Notes: generated from the letters alone by a model not told the origin. A DNA stretch of 35,935 nucleotides from Atractiella rhizophila (GCA_021432655.1 MU271645.1:1-35935), one strand, 5' to 3'. Numbered from the stretch's first letter, positions 12,127 to 25,200 are shown. Made by a program: numbers and translations.

Positions 12127-13338
12127 GTTGAGTATGATCGATCGATATATCTGTACCTCTCAATGAGTTTCGGGATGGAAGGGCTGTTGAGTGTCGTGAA
12201 TGTCATGAAAGGCTGTCTCTTAAATAGTTCTCCACACTGCAGACTTTCAGAGGCACTAGGAATAGCCTGATCCTGCCTGACCCGACGTGGTGGAGGTCGA
12301 TTACATGGTCAGTTACCTGATGGCTATGTTGAATGAGGCTTAGGTAAAGAATCGAACTTGCTTAGCCACTCAGGTTCGCAAGCTCGCTTTGCAGCAATGG
12401 TTATCTCCTTCCGTGTGTGGTGTGAGAGTTATGACGCCGAAGTCGGACATCTCAGAGTCAGCAAACTAGTATGTGGACAGTGACTGAATGTGGAATCCGG
12501 ACTTCGTTATGGGGGAGAGTAGGAGAAACGCCTCTTCAGCTGGAACAACGCAACCTCCTTAAAATAGCTGAAAGGATAGATGGGGTAGCAACCGCAGTGA
12601 ATGCTGAGTGGGAGGAATCCAAGCTTACACCAGCAAGCAGGGATACATCATTTCAACTCGGAAGGAACCTCTTTGAAGATAGTTGATCGATAGAACTTGA
12701 GCTCTGCTCCGTTCCATGATGCCGTGAACGCATGGATCAGGGGAAGGCTCACCAGCGATAGAATGCAGAATATCCGTCAGAGCCCTAATAGGGTGAGAAA
12801 GAAGCCCTGGAGGAGAGAACAAATAAATACCTGTGATCATCCTTCCCTTGCGATTTAATAACCTCCAAATCAGGATACCATCTCTTGCAAAGCTCCTTGA
12901 TGCTAGAGACGTCCACGATGCGGTAGTGGAGGTGGTCGTGAACACGAGGCATGTCTTTCTTCAAGAACGCCTTGTCTGCGTGAACAGTGTTGCCTGCGAG
13001 AATCGCAGTGCCCCGTCTCGGAATATGGCGCTCGATGTATCGAAGAACTCGAAGTTCGACTTCTTCCATCCTATCGCTCGATTTGAGACAAGCTTCCGTT
13101 AACCCAGACTAGCCGAAACGATCAAATAACGTCGTATCAGAAGGGATGGGACAAGCCTGCCCATGCTGTTTCGTGCACCTTCCGGCATGAATTCGTTAAA
13201 TTTTGGCATATCAAATCGGAAGACAAACCATTCTCCCATTCCGTCCAAAACACTCTTGTCCGTTTGGATCACGAAAGTCAGACCGTCATCCAAAGGGTTA
13301 AGATCTTTGTCTGTGACTATAACTGCAATTTCCAGTAC
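11883..13338 (+). repeat. Tandem direct duplication, copy 2 (~1456 bp)
   Basis: Starts GATGCAGACTCACCAGGGG at 11883 and ends ...TTTCCAGTAC at 13338. A single A at 11882 separates the two copies. Confidence 0.97.
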
Positions 13339-13464
13339 CCTATCCTTTGTGAGATCCAATCCAGTCATCTGTAAACAGTCTGTAAAAAGTATGGCTTGGA
13401 GAATGGGGAAACTGACCTCAAGGTCTACCCAGACGAGGTTGGTGCTAGGATCGGTTGATGACAT
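12648..13464 (-). CDS. REX2: Oligoribonuclease (DEDDh exonuclease, Orn/REX2/REXO2), intact copy
   Basis: MSSTDPSTNLVWVDLE|MTGLDLTKDRVLEIAVIVTD, LAGNTVHADKAFL, HLHYRIVDVSSIKELCKRWYP and HR|ALTDILHSIA|ELKFYR. TGA at 12648-12650. Confidence 0.95.
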
Positions 13465-14495
13465 TCTAAGGTTCAGGAAGGGGCTAGAAAAATATCTTTT
13501 CTTGATGATTGTTAAAGATCCTGGAGTAGGTTTGCGAACTCGAGAGTAGTAATGACAAGGTGCAATCGTCAGAATGGATCGCTTTGACGATTTCAAGGTG
13601 GAGCGACTGCGAATGATGGAGGCAGGAGCGAGATCTCTCACAACGTGACAAGATATGCTATGTCGCAGGGTTGAAATAGCCAGAGTGAATGTGAGCAGCG
13701 CAGGAATGACGACAATACCTAGCACAAGGCTGATTGTGACGAAACTTTGGGATTCTCAAACAATGACAATGCGCAGTCGTACTTGATAAGATTTCAGGAC
13801 CTTCTTATCCAGAACAACGGATCATCAACCACGCAGTTCCAACTCCATGTTCATGTTCACATTGTGGCTAGAAATGAAATGTGGGATATCGTTTCTGGGC
13901 CCGGAGAGCAATACGCGAGACGCCTAGGGTAAACTTCGCCTTTGAATCAGAGTATGGTTATCTACCATTTCACAGTTCAATACCAGACTGTCAAGCCTAG
14001 GTAAATTGGCGAGTGCGTGATGTCATGAAATACCTCCACATCGCAAACATGCATCTCAGGTTGAACGCCAATGTGCAAATTCGACAGCACGCACCTCAGC
14101 CTGTAAGACCTACATGCTAGACAAGTCAAGCTGATTCAGCTGATTCGATCAGAATATCTCCTTATGCTATGCTAATGTGCTAATGTCATGATGAGGCGGT
14201 CGGAACAGCGGTCGGATGTCCATGACTAATTGCTGAGCAGGCTGAGCCAAGTTGTGCAACGTCCGCACACGCAACAACCATTTTCGATAACACTTTATGA
14301 TTATTCTGCTAACCATCGCCGACTAACTCTTTCCTCTCTGGCTAGCGCCACTCTGATTTGTGCGCTTTCCCTACATGTCCAAGGAGCGAGGTTGCTCAAT
14401 TGGCACACAGGCATCTAGTCATCTCGTCACAATCCTTGTCGTAGGAAAGTTGGATTAGGATTTACATTGCTTGTATTAGTAATTTAGGTGGTTTG

Positions 14496-14586
14496 GTAAG
14501 TCTCTTCTGTTCCTCTGCTCATGGGATCGGTGGCGTCACTTCCAGCCTTTGACTCTCGGCTGATTCGTTTTATGTGGTGTTCACAG
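14496..14586 (+). other. Probable 5'-UTR intron of the arrestin-like gene
   Basis: GTAAGT donor at 14496, CTGAT branch-like motif at ~14560, and TCACAG acceptor at 14586, 4 nt before the ATG. Confidence 0.55.
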
Positions 14587-14590
14587 GAAT

Positions 14591-16784
14591 ATGGCGGAGC
14601 CACCACAATACACGTCGTCCTCGTCTTCACACCAGCTATTCGAAGACCCCCCTGAAGAAGGAGGGGTGTCGACTGTTCTCTTCAACATCACGCCCCTGCC
14701 TAACTCCGTCTCTTTTCAAACCGGTTTCCTCGGCCACACCGACTCGGCACTAAAGGGAGAATTGCAGATCAAAATTATTGAAGGTGGTGGCGATTCGAAA
14801 GCAAACGCTTCGAAGGCGGGGAAGGGCAAATTCAGCAAGGTGGAGATTCAATTTCGAGGGATAGAGAGGGGGAATGGGGAGGAGGTCGAACTGACCGAAC
14901 AGTCCAAAATCCTTTGGGAGAATTCGCTCCAAGTCGCCCAAGCTGCGAGAGCCGCTGTTGGACCTTCCACTTTGACTCAAGAAGAGGTGGAGCCAGACGA
15001 TGGACCTCCTTCGACGCTCCCCTTCGAGTTTGAGCTCACCTCAGACCTCCCACACTGCGTCCACCTGACTCACGATCCGTCGAGTTCTAACCTCGAATAC
15101 TTTCTTAGAGCCCGCCTGCACTTTGCTGACCCTTCCATTCCTCCTCTGGAACGTGATGTTCCCATTCACCTCACTCGTTATACTCCTCCGGGGCCTCTGC
15201 CTTCCGCGTTCTCCTCAACATCTACAGCCGACTATAATCCTCAGACAGTGACCGCACAAGAACCAATACCCGTCATTGTCAAGCTTTCCAAAACTCGACT
15301 GAGGAAAAGCGACAACCTTCAGGTCGTCGCGAAGATTCCACCACCTGTCGGGGACATAGTAATCATCAAGGAGCTTCGCTTGAGAAACATCACAGCTGAG
15401 ATCGTGCGTGTCGTTCCGCACGCTCAATGCGCCCTTCGATTCGGACGACGAAGACGGCTCTGAACCGGATTTTGCAGCTCAAGAACTAGAAACCGTTCTG
15501 TGGCGCTCAGGAAAATCGTGCCGACTTTCCCCAACTCGCCCCATTGTCATCAAGCTTCAACTCCATCTCCTCTCCTCCCTCGAATCCTCCGGCTCCCCTT
15601 GTGAAACTATTAGCCAGGGCACAATACTTCATGAAGTCGAATTTTATGTCAGGGTGACAGTCGCTATGACTAGTGGATTGGGTGATCGTAGCGAGCGACG
15701 GGATGTGGTGGTGGAGAAGAGACTGGAAATTTTGCCAGATGTTCCTCCACCGGGAATTTCGAGCGAGAAGCAGAGACTGATGGATGAGGAAAGCCTACCT
15801 GATCCGCCTGCTTGGGAGGACCTGCAGACCCCATTGAGAACGGATAATCCTAACACTGTCCCTGCTTACCGAGAGTCGTGGTTGGAAGACAGCAACGCGT
15901 ATGCTGGCACCTCAAGAAGCCGAGCCGGTGGTTGGATGGAAATTGATAGCTCTGTGGATGGGGAGGAAGAATTCGATGGCTACGAGGAACTATCGACAGG
16001 TGCCGATCTTTGTTTGCCGCCTCCTACGATTGATGAGGACGAGTCACCTCCTCCTGCGCCGGGAATGACTACCGCCTACAACACATCTGGGAGCTCGTCC
16101 AGCAACGATGGACACCAGCAAGCGGAACCGTCCAATGCGTATCCTCCACAGCATGTTCACCATCCCCACCGATCTTCCTTTGGATCTGGTGACAGTTCGA
16201 GGGAGAGCTTCATGTTAATTCCCATCAACGCATCCAGCCTTTCCCTCGCTCTACAAGGCGGCAATCCGATGGATGTGCCCTCTCTAGAACACGAACATCA
16301 TCTTCAAACCCACAGCTCGGCTGTCAACAGCCCTCCCCAAGTCTACGCCGAATCCGAACTCGAAGGCTTTGTAGAAATGGACTTGAACGAGCATCATCGG
16401 TTCCTCCACCATCATCGTCATTCTCCATACCCCTAGAGAAAAATGTCACCCCCACGTAACAACCAAGTGACTCAGCATTTCATCTCACCTGAAGGCATGA
16501 ATTCGAGCTACTCCAGCTCTGGCTCAGAACGGCATCGAGGCGAGGAGGAGTCTGAATCCGAAGTCGACATGGATGACCGCGACGTGAGACCACCACCTTA
16601 CGCTGGTTCTCCCATGACACCCCATCATCATCACCATCCTGAGGTGGAGGTCAATGTCAGTGGTCCTCCTCCCCCTCAGGCCGGTCCACCACCGTCGTAT
16701 CACGATTCAAACACGGAAAGTATGCCCACAGAGGTGTTGGGAATGATTGCGAGAGATGGACGCGTCGGAGTCGTAATGCTTTGA
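14591..16784 (+). CDS. Alpha-arrestin-like adaptor with C-terminal PY motifs, broken into three ORFs by apparent indels
   Basis: Arrestin-like segments FSKVEIQFRGIE, LPFEFELTSDLPHCVH, LEYFLRARL and ISQGTILHEVEFYVRVTV. The disordered tail carries PPPY and PPSY. There is a frameshift at ~15416 and an in-frame TAG at 16434. Confidence 0.7.
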
Positions 16785-18440
16785 GCTCCCGGATTTAAGT
16801 TCAAACTGTGGATATCAGATCATGCTAGAGAGAGACCATTGTCACTTTGTCATTGCATTGCTTATGTACCGAAGTTTGTACAATATCCTAGGATAAATAG
16901 ATTCACAGTCTTGTCAATGCTTTTGAATTAATGTGACTATAGTACAGAATCCTTCCGAGCTCGTGGTTTCCAGGCATCATTTCGGGCATGGTTTCTTTTA
17001 TTGTGAAACTGACGATTGCGAACAACGTTCAAGGGTTCAAAAGAGGTTCGCTTGGTTTGTTATGAGAAATGAAAAGGCCAGAGTCAATGAAGGAGAACAT
17101 GGCGAAAGATTATGGGGAATTGAGTCGTTCGAGTTGTAGAAACTCTCGTCCGACTCGGTGAGGTGAGCCTTGTTTCTCTATACTTCAAGTGACCATTTAT
17201 CTAGCGTTATGCGAACTGTGCTGATGGAAGGAGAGGTATGGCTGAAGCGTGCCTCACAGTGGATGTGTTGACACATGAAGGCTAGGCACCTCTCTCCTGT
17301 TTGCAGGCCCTTAGGTCTTCGCTGAAGAATTTTCTCAAATTCGTGTTCATACAGTTTCTTCAACGCACATGGAGATTATATGACGACACTCTCAAAGCAT
17401 GTGAAGGCATGATATGTCCAACCTGATGAAGGACGCCTCGCCGTTCTGCCTACCAGACTGCGTCTGTCAGTCACAAAAGCTCGTCCCTTTCTTCCATGGA
17501 CGGTCAACACTAATACTAATGTCTAGGGCTAGACATGCCCTGAATTGAGCTGGAACAGGGTTCACCAGATCATCTGACACTACTGCTTCGACATTGTTAA
17601 TGTTTTGCTATGCATTGTCATGCATGAGGAAACTAATACCGCAGACGTACTCGGCTAAAGCTGGTAATTGATTCAAGTTGACAACAACTTGTAACCATGC
17701 TGAGAGGTGGAATGACAGTTTCTGTATCACCGCTCATCCAAAGTCATAGAGCAGAATCAAATTCATATCGTACGATTGCCGATTGCGGGAACACAGTCCT
17801 GCTAGTGCTGAGTGTTTGTAGTTCGCATCTTCCATAACTTCGGTGAAAGACTCCATCCAAAAACACGTCTTCACTGCCAAGGCCACATCTGTAAAAGTTT
17901 ACAGTTTTGGGCTCTGGGAAGTGAGTCAGTGGGCGAGCTGGTGAGATATTATTCTTTAACCTTTCTTCCTTAGGATCCAGTCCTCTTCCGACTGCGGTCA
18001 AGCTCCGCGAGCACATTTGCCCTCTGGCTTGGCTGGCAGGTCTGAATTGTAAAGTTCGGCTCCAGTGGAGACGAAGCAGCATTATGCGTTCTATGATTGC
18101 AAGCCAAGAAGGTTGACAGAAGCCAGTCATTCATGACCATTCAAATGTTCAATAAGCGGGCGAGATCCTTTTCAGTAACCAGTGCACTGTTTCTGATGGC
18201 TTCCCTCATAAAAGGGCGGCTTCGCTGAAAGTAGAACTGTGACATTCAGTAATAAGAGCAAATATGTGGGATGACGAAGGGTGGAGTGATGCTGCTTCAA
18301 ACCGCTCCAGGCACTCCTCCATCAACCACCACCAAGCGATACGTTCCGCTCAGTCCCATTTGCACGGTTCGTTTCACCTCCTCTCCTGCATTCTTCCGCT
18401 CATTCCGTCGCTACCGTGGTAGCGTCATCACAAGACTATA

Positions 18441-18975
18441 ATGTCTCCCAGCTATCATTTCTCCTGCACCCTCCCACCCCTCATGCCACCCCAGTCAGCA
18501 ACTCATCCACTCCTTCCCGCGCCGTTACCACTCCCCTCAACTCCAGTTCTCCCGAACTGAGCCCACGTGTAGGACGACGTTCATTGTACATGTCGATGTT
18601 CAAGTCAGAGTCAACTTGGAGTAGTAGTGCAGAAGAAAAGGAGGCAGTGGAAGAAAAAGTGAAGAAGTCGAGGAAGCGAGTGTCGAGACTGTTCCCCTGG
18701 TCAAAATCGGGTGGAGAGACGTACGTCGTCCTGTTTATTCTTTCCCGCGGGGGCTGAGGTCATTCAGCTCGGGTCGACCATCGCTTCCCATACCATCAAA
18801 TTCTCCATCGAAGAAGCAGAGGCAAAAACAAAGTCAAAATGGTTCCTGGTGGCTTCCAAAGAGTGGGGCACGGGCTGAAGGGAACGATCAAGTGATGTTT
18901 CAAGTGAAACCGGAAGAGCGTGAGAAGGGCAGGAAAGTTGCTGCTTCATGGAAGCGCGTCTCTACCGCCTTTTAG
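18441..18975 (+). CDS. Small Ser/Lys-rich hypothetical protein, 2 exons; start uncertain (18441 requires a frameshift; in-frame ATG at 18590)
   Basis: The ORF ...SPELSPRVGRRSLYMSMFKSES...SGGET is joined by a GTACGT..CAG intron (18721-18768) to an in-frame exon that stays open to TAG at 18973-18975. Confidence 0.5.
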
Positions 18976-19264
18976 ACCTCAGTGTGTTTTTTGATGACCG
19001 TTCTTGGTTTTTCTCTTTGCCAAGTATTTCGTGTTTTGTGTAAAATATTTAACATCCATTGCATTACGAGGTGAATGTCCTCATAATTACCTCTTTGGCT
19101 GCATAAACTCCGTTAAGAACGCTTAACACCTCATGTCATCAACTAGTTTACTACATCGAGACCTCATACAATATCCATCCAACATATGTTAATCCGATTA
19201 TTGCAAAGGTTGCAATAAAAAATCGAACAGTCGAAGTAAACAACGAAGCGAGCAAGTATCAGAA

Positions 19265-22200
19265 TCAATAACTGAATTCTTCCTTTTTATCCTTAACCGT
19301 TTTCTGGAAAGAACTGAGAAGATCAAAAGTTCCGGTTCCTGCTTTCATAGTTTTACCAATAGCAATATTGGCGGAAGGATTGAGTAGATCATCGAAGTCG
19401 CCATGAAGAACAGCCTCGGACAAGAAGTCAGCCGTTGTCTCAAAGGACGCCTTCGCAAAAGGGGAGGAGCTTGTAGCTATTCCGCGTCGACTAAAAGGCT
19501 TGAAGCCACCTTCCGAAGTCTAACAAAGGATCAGATAGCTGGTTGTCTTGGAATTTCAACGCACCATATAATCAGCAATCAAAGAAAGATGGCGGAAGTC
19601 AACGTCGATTTTGTAGGCTTTAAAGATGCCACGCATCTCCGCAATGATGTTAGCTCTACCTGCTTCAACTCCGTACGTCTCTAGTATGGCCGCAATATCG
19701 TTGGACATTAGCTTAGTCAAGTCTGCAGTACCAAACGCGAATTCCCAACAGGCCCGAATGTTGGCTCCTTCTGTGAAGAGATGTCGCTGAAATAAGCGTC
19801 AGCCATTGATGCAACACATATAGGCGTGCCTACCTCCTCATTTTTGTTTTCGGGCTCTATTAGGTAGCAATTTGCGATTCCCGGAATGGCTCGAACGACT
19901 GCCTTGGAACAAGCTTTCTCAGCGATACCAACTAATAGAAGTTTAGGTTGATTCGCTCCGAGCTGATACAACTTCTGTTTGAGCACTTATGTAGAGGAGT
20001 AATGCGTACCTCGAACTGCATCTTGCACCATTGGCCAGCATCCTTATCGAACTGTACCTGGGAGACGTATTTATAACGAGAGGAAGTAACGATTTCGCCT
20101 TCTAGCGCACGCATCCTCTCCATTTTCGACTTCGATCTATTTTTCGATATAGCTCTCGCAGGTGCGCGACTTTCTGCATCAGTTTGATCCCCAGCTGATC
20201 CTGCCGAGACCACAGACATCTCGTCATCGCTTCCAGCAGCGGCCGTGTCGTCGTCGTCGTAATTGACCTTTTGCCTCGACTGTGCTGCCCGTTTCGCATC
20301 GTCGGCATCGCCGTCTTCAGGGTCCTTATCGTCGTCACCTTTTCTACCAATGGGACGGTCTTCTTCTTCCGCTGAGCGTTCGCCTCCTGCCGCTTTGAGG
20401 GGACGACCCTTTCCTAGAGTTGTCCCTGAATTTTTGGACTCCCTGTTCCGTTGACGCAGCTCCTTGTTGATGTCGGCTTCAAAAATGGGCACGAAGCTGG
20501 TGTGTAGGCTGGAGAGAACTGTTTCAGAATCAATGTGAAATTCCTCCAGATACTCCACTTCAGGATAGAAGTTGAGATGAATGTCGTAGATCCTCGTTCG
20601 CCCATCTTCTCCCTGGGATTTATCGGACAGCCGTTCTTCTACGACAACGGACTCAATAATTTGGCTGAGATGGAGAGCGGAAGTCTTGGTGCAAAATCGT
20701 CTCAGTCGATCCTGATCGTTTTGAACGTCGGGAGGAAGGAAGAGACGCATTGTCGGTGTTTTTGGAGTTTGGGAGGCAGTCATGATAATTTCTCGGAGAC
20801 GAGGGATACCCAATGTCACATTAGCAGCTCCAAAACCTGAAGCGGACTCAACGTGAGAAAGGAATGAAAGATGGAACGCACCAGATAAATGAAAGGTGTT
20901 CAATGTCATCTGCGTCGACGGTTCCCCAACACTAAATGTCCCTCAGTTGTTGACAGATTTAACTGTCGATGACACAACTCACCTTTGAGAGGCCAGCAGG
21001 CCGACTGATTCTCCCGCTTCCACCAAGCTACGCATATACCGCACATCCAGCATACTTTGGAAGGCCGATGGTCGAATCATCTTTGCCAACGCCTTTTCCG
21101 TGATTTCGCCTCTTTCTTTTTTCTTCGGCTTGAGTAGTTTGTTAGGATTCGTCTTGAATGTAGGCTTGCGCTTCCGCGTAGTATTTCTCAGACGTACTTC
21201 CAAGGTATGCCGTTGGATTGAACTTCGATAAAGCTGTTTCCATCGACGAGGAATCGGGTGACTTGAAGATACTCTTCGCGTAATGCCCTGCAATTTCATC
21301 AATAACTCTGCCTTGAAGATCTCTGGGTCTATAGAACTGAGCGAGAGAGTCGTAGTTCTTTGCTACGAATTCGAAATCATACAGCAGCTTCTGCTTTGTG
21401 ACGTCGAGAGAATCTTCGCCGTAATTGAATTGGAGAATGGTCCTATCGCTATTCCGAACGGTGTGGTCGTAATGAACTCGAATCCCTTCTAAATGTTTGA
21501 TGAGACATCGTTGAAGGTAGCCAGATCGACTAGTTTTGACGGCGGTATCGATGAGACCCTCCCGCCCTGCCATACAATGGAAGTAGTATTCCTGTGGCTG
21601 GATCCCCGTTAAGAAACGTTGCGCAACAAAACCACCAGCTCGAGGACGCGTCTCAAAGGCTTTGAAAGATGGGAGGGTTTTTCCACTAACCATCGTCGGT
21701 ACACGACGCCCTTCGAGCGCTTGCTGACCTAACGAAGAGGAGATTTGAGAGGCATTGACAAGACTTCCTTTCGCTCCCGAAATCGTCATTAGCTGCATTT
21801 GATTGCGCGGGAACAGTTTCGAGAGACCAGCTCCAGTGCAATGCTTGTTCGCCTCTGCCCACAATCCTGCCATAGCTGTTGAAATAGTCGTATCCAGACC
21901 AGCTGACTTTCTGTCGTCCCTCAAAACTTCCTCCATCCTCACTCGAAGGTTCGTCTCAAACTCTGGGGTATCCCTCTTGGCTTTGTCTAGTCCTACAAAC
22001 TTATACAACGCCTCTAATGTCCGTTCATGAGCTTCCCCAAGAGTTTTTTTCCTCTTCATCTCGGCTTCAGGTTGAAGTACGAGATCTTCGACACCGCATG
22101 AGAACCCTCGATGCTGGAGGTACTTCGTGAAGAGTCGACTGAGGATGCTGAGCAACTTTCCTGCCACTGAAGCACCGAAAACCTCGTACACGGCATGAAC

Positions 22201-25200
22201 GAGTCCGTTACCTCCAAATTGGGCTTTATCGAGGATACCGCAGATGTGTTCCCCATCCGAGATGATGAACTTGTCCTCCTTTGATTCAGGACCCCAATAT
22301 TTTGCCTCAACCTTCGTCCCAGAGGACATGTTGAGTCCGCTAAACTTGCGAGGAGTGATATTTCTCAGGACTGTCGAGATCTGGTGGAAGACATGAGGCT
22401 CCAGAATTAATATAAGTAAAGAGGAACGAACTATTTGCTTTCCGGTCCATAGCTTCTGAGGTTTCCAAATCGTCGGTGGCAAGGTGATTATCCTCCCCTC
22501 CCCAGTGTAGTCAGATTCCGGTCTTAACGCGCCATAAATGAGTTGATAATACTCCTGGCGAGTGAAAAAGGTCTCCTTGTTCGTCATCCAGACCGCAGCA
22601 ACAATATGGTCCTGGATGAGACCACGGATCGGACCTCCCGAAGTCGGAACGAGGTATTGGTTATCTGTATTGGCGATGAGGCGAGCTTCAGCTTGAGCAA
22701 TGACGTTTTGAGGGAAGTGCATGTTCATTTCGTCTCCATCGAAGTCGGCATTATATGAATTGCTAAAATCATCTTCAGGAAATAGGTATCAGGGAAAGAT
22801 ATGGAGTGCAGACCAATTGGCGTAATGCATTCGAATTGTCTTTTCTCCGGTCAAGACCTTCGCAACATGACACATCATACTGGGCTTATGAAGAGTGGGT
22901 TGACGATTCAGAATGAGAACATCTCCGTCCCTTAAATGTCGATATACTTTCTTCGGAACTGGTGATATCTTCGTCTGCGGGACTCCACTGGCAACACGGC
23001 CGGTATTTCTCTCTATCGAATCCGTAACCTGAAGGGCGTTGGCATGTGCTTCCCTCTCTTCCTGCGTCAAAGTGGCTAGGGAAATGAGGATTCCATCTTC
23101 GCGTTGAATAAATGAAGCACCAGGATAGTTATCGCCGTTCTTGACTAGTACCTGCATTTCCTTCAGATTGTGGTTTGTCACCGGTTCGGGAAAGGTGAGC
23201 TTCTTTGCAAAGATTGGTGGGACACCAATCTCATTCGTTTCAATGTTGACGTCTGGAGAAATAACTGATCTTGCAGCGTAATTGACCCGCTTCCCCTAAA
23301 CATGCAGTCATGAGTTACTTGAAGAAGGCAAGTATGGGACAGGCGAACCATCATGTTTTTCCGGAACAATCCCTCCTTCTTCTCTAATATCTGTTTCACG
23401 CCCATCGGCGGCAGTTTCCCTTGTTTGAGAGGCATGGGGTTCTTGGTGCTGTCCATCATCGAATTGACGGCAATCTGGAGTCCCAGGATGGCATCGAAAA
23501 GCTGACCCTCGAGCCTCGTCCGGTCCACAGGCTTCTCTTTCTCTTTCTCTTTCCCCTTTCCTCCCTTTCTCTTCTCCTTCTTCTCCTTCTCTAGCTCTTG
23601 CCTTTCTCTCTCCTGCTCTTTCAACGCGTCCTCTGTCGTACGAGAAAGAGCAACGTTCAGATCGCGTATGAGGATTGTTTGCGTGAGAATTTTGGACAGA
23701 AGGCCATTCTGGGGATTCTCAAAAAGCTCTGTTCCGAGGGTAGAGGCAGGACGGAAGCGGGAAGGAGGCGTCGAGACGACGTCCATGAAGAATACGTCAG
23801 CAGACGCCCTGAGCCTTCTTCCGGCAATCGTGAGGCCGAAAGGGGTGACATATTCGTCTTGCTCTGTCGACGACGAAGCAGTGGATGTGTAGACGGGTCC
23901 ATGAGGCGAGTAGATGAGGGAGCAAAGCTCGGCTTCGTTTTTGAAAAGAAGGCGGAGGTGGGACTGGACTTCAGTAGGTAGGAGGGTGCGTTCTGTTTGC
24001 TTTTCGGTCTTTCGAGCCCCTATCGCTTTGCTTGCTGGCTCATCATTGACCGCATGGAGATCTTCTCCTTCATCGTCCTCCTCTTCCTCTTCCTCAGAAT
24101 CAGGCCCTTCTTCATAACCTTCATCTTCCTCCTCTTCCTCCTCACTTTCAGAATCCTCCTCGAAACGCCGTTTCCTCTTCTTTCCTTCCATATCTTCGTC
24201 CTCATCACTCCCACTCCCTTTCTCAACAAAACCTTCATCGCTCTCCTCCCCTCCCCTTCGTTTCCCAACACTCTTATCTGCCAATCGTTTCAAAAACGCC
24301 GCATTCTTCCTCTTGATTCCTCTCGCCCTTTGAAAGTCCCTCTGCTTCTTTGTAAGCGAAAACTCCACTATTTTAGTTGCTCCATCCTTCTTCAGTCGAT
24401 GCACATGAGCCTCGCAATGCGAGCACCTGTTCCTCGCGCTCTCCTTGAAAAAACTCGCCAACAGCTTCCTACGCTCATCATGGACCATTGAGCCGCTCTG
24501 CTTGTACGCATCCCGGTCGTAACTCTCCTTCGGTGCGTCATCTGAACTTGAAGTGGATTGAGAGGTCGCGATTACCCTGCGTAGGGAGACGTCGACCCAG
24601 GTAGCGACTTTCGATCGTAGCATCTCAACTGAAGAATGGACCGCGCCAATGTCCTCTCCCGTATCCTCCTCCGTCTCTTCTCCCTTCCCTGTCTTTCTCT
24701 TAGCTTTCTTTTCCTCTTTGTCTGCTTCTTCGCCTGCCGCTGTGAAGAGGTCAACAGACATGGCTGACGTGAGAAGACCGTGTTCGAGTAGAATGAGCTT
24801 GGCTGTATATCTCACAATCTATACTTCCTCAGCAAGCGTCCAGGGAAAGAAAAGAACACTTGCAGCAGCCTCTGTAGCTAAGAAGCGATGACAGTTCGTA
24901 CAGCTCGCTCTGAGGACAGCAAAGCAATTCTTCATGAAAAGGGGATTGTAGACAGGAAAGGGGAGCTGAATGTGTCCGAAATGTCCAGGACAGTTAAAGC
25001 TGGTCAAGCCGCAAGTTGGGCAAATATCCCCATGGGTCGTAGGTCCAAACGCTGGGTCATATAATCCTCCTGAAGTCGGAACATTGGTGTTATCGAAGAG
25101 TTTTGGGTTCTGGACCTGCTTTACGCTCAGAGCCTTCACTTCAGCTGAGGTAAGGAAGGTGAAACTGGTGCTGGTGATCGAACTCGTTATTGGTTTGAAA

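Noticed and set aside
12471..12686. 71-aa + strand ORF in the diverged centre of the duplication
   Set aside because: The equivalent frame in copy 1 has an early TAG (~11083) and the changes are mostly non-synonymous, so it behaves as non-coding.
10423..13338. Direct repeats as LTRs of a retroelement
   Set aside because: The copies are adjacent, lack TG...CA ends, a TSD or internal gag/pol sequence, and consist of host gene fragments.
14120..14250. Short tandem duplications (GCTGATTC x2, GCGGTCGGA x2, ATGCTA runs) and a ATGATGA...CTGA pair
   Set aside because: Too short and irregular for a repeat array or snoRNA call; plausible promoter noise.
16790..18400. 1.6-kb intergenic region with short ORFs (e.g. 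17744-18130)
   Set aside because: No recognisable domain, splice-supported model, terminal repeats or RNA gene.
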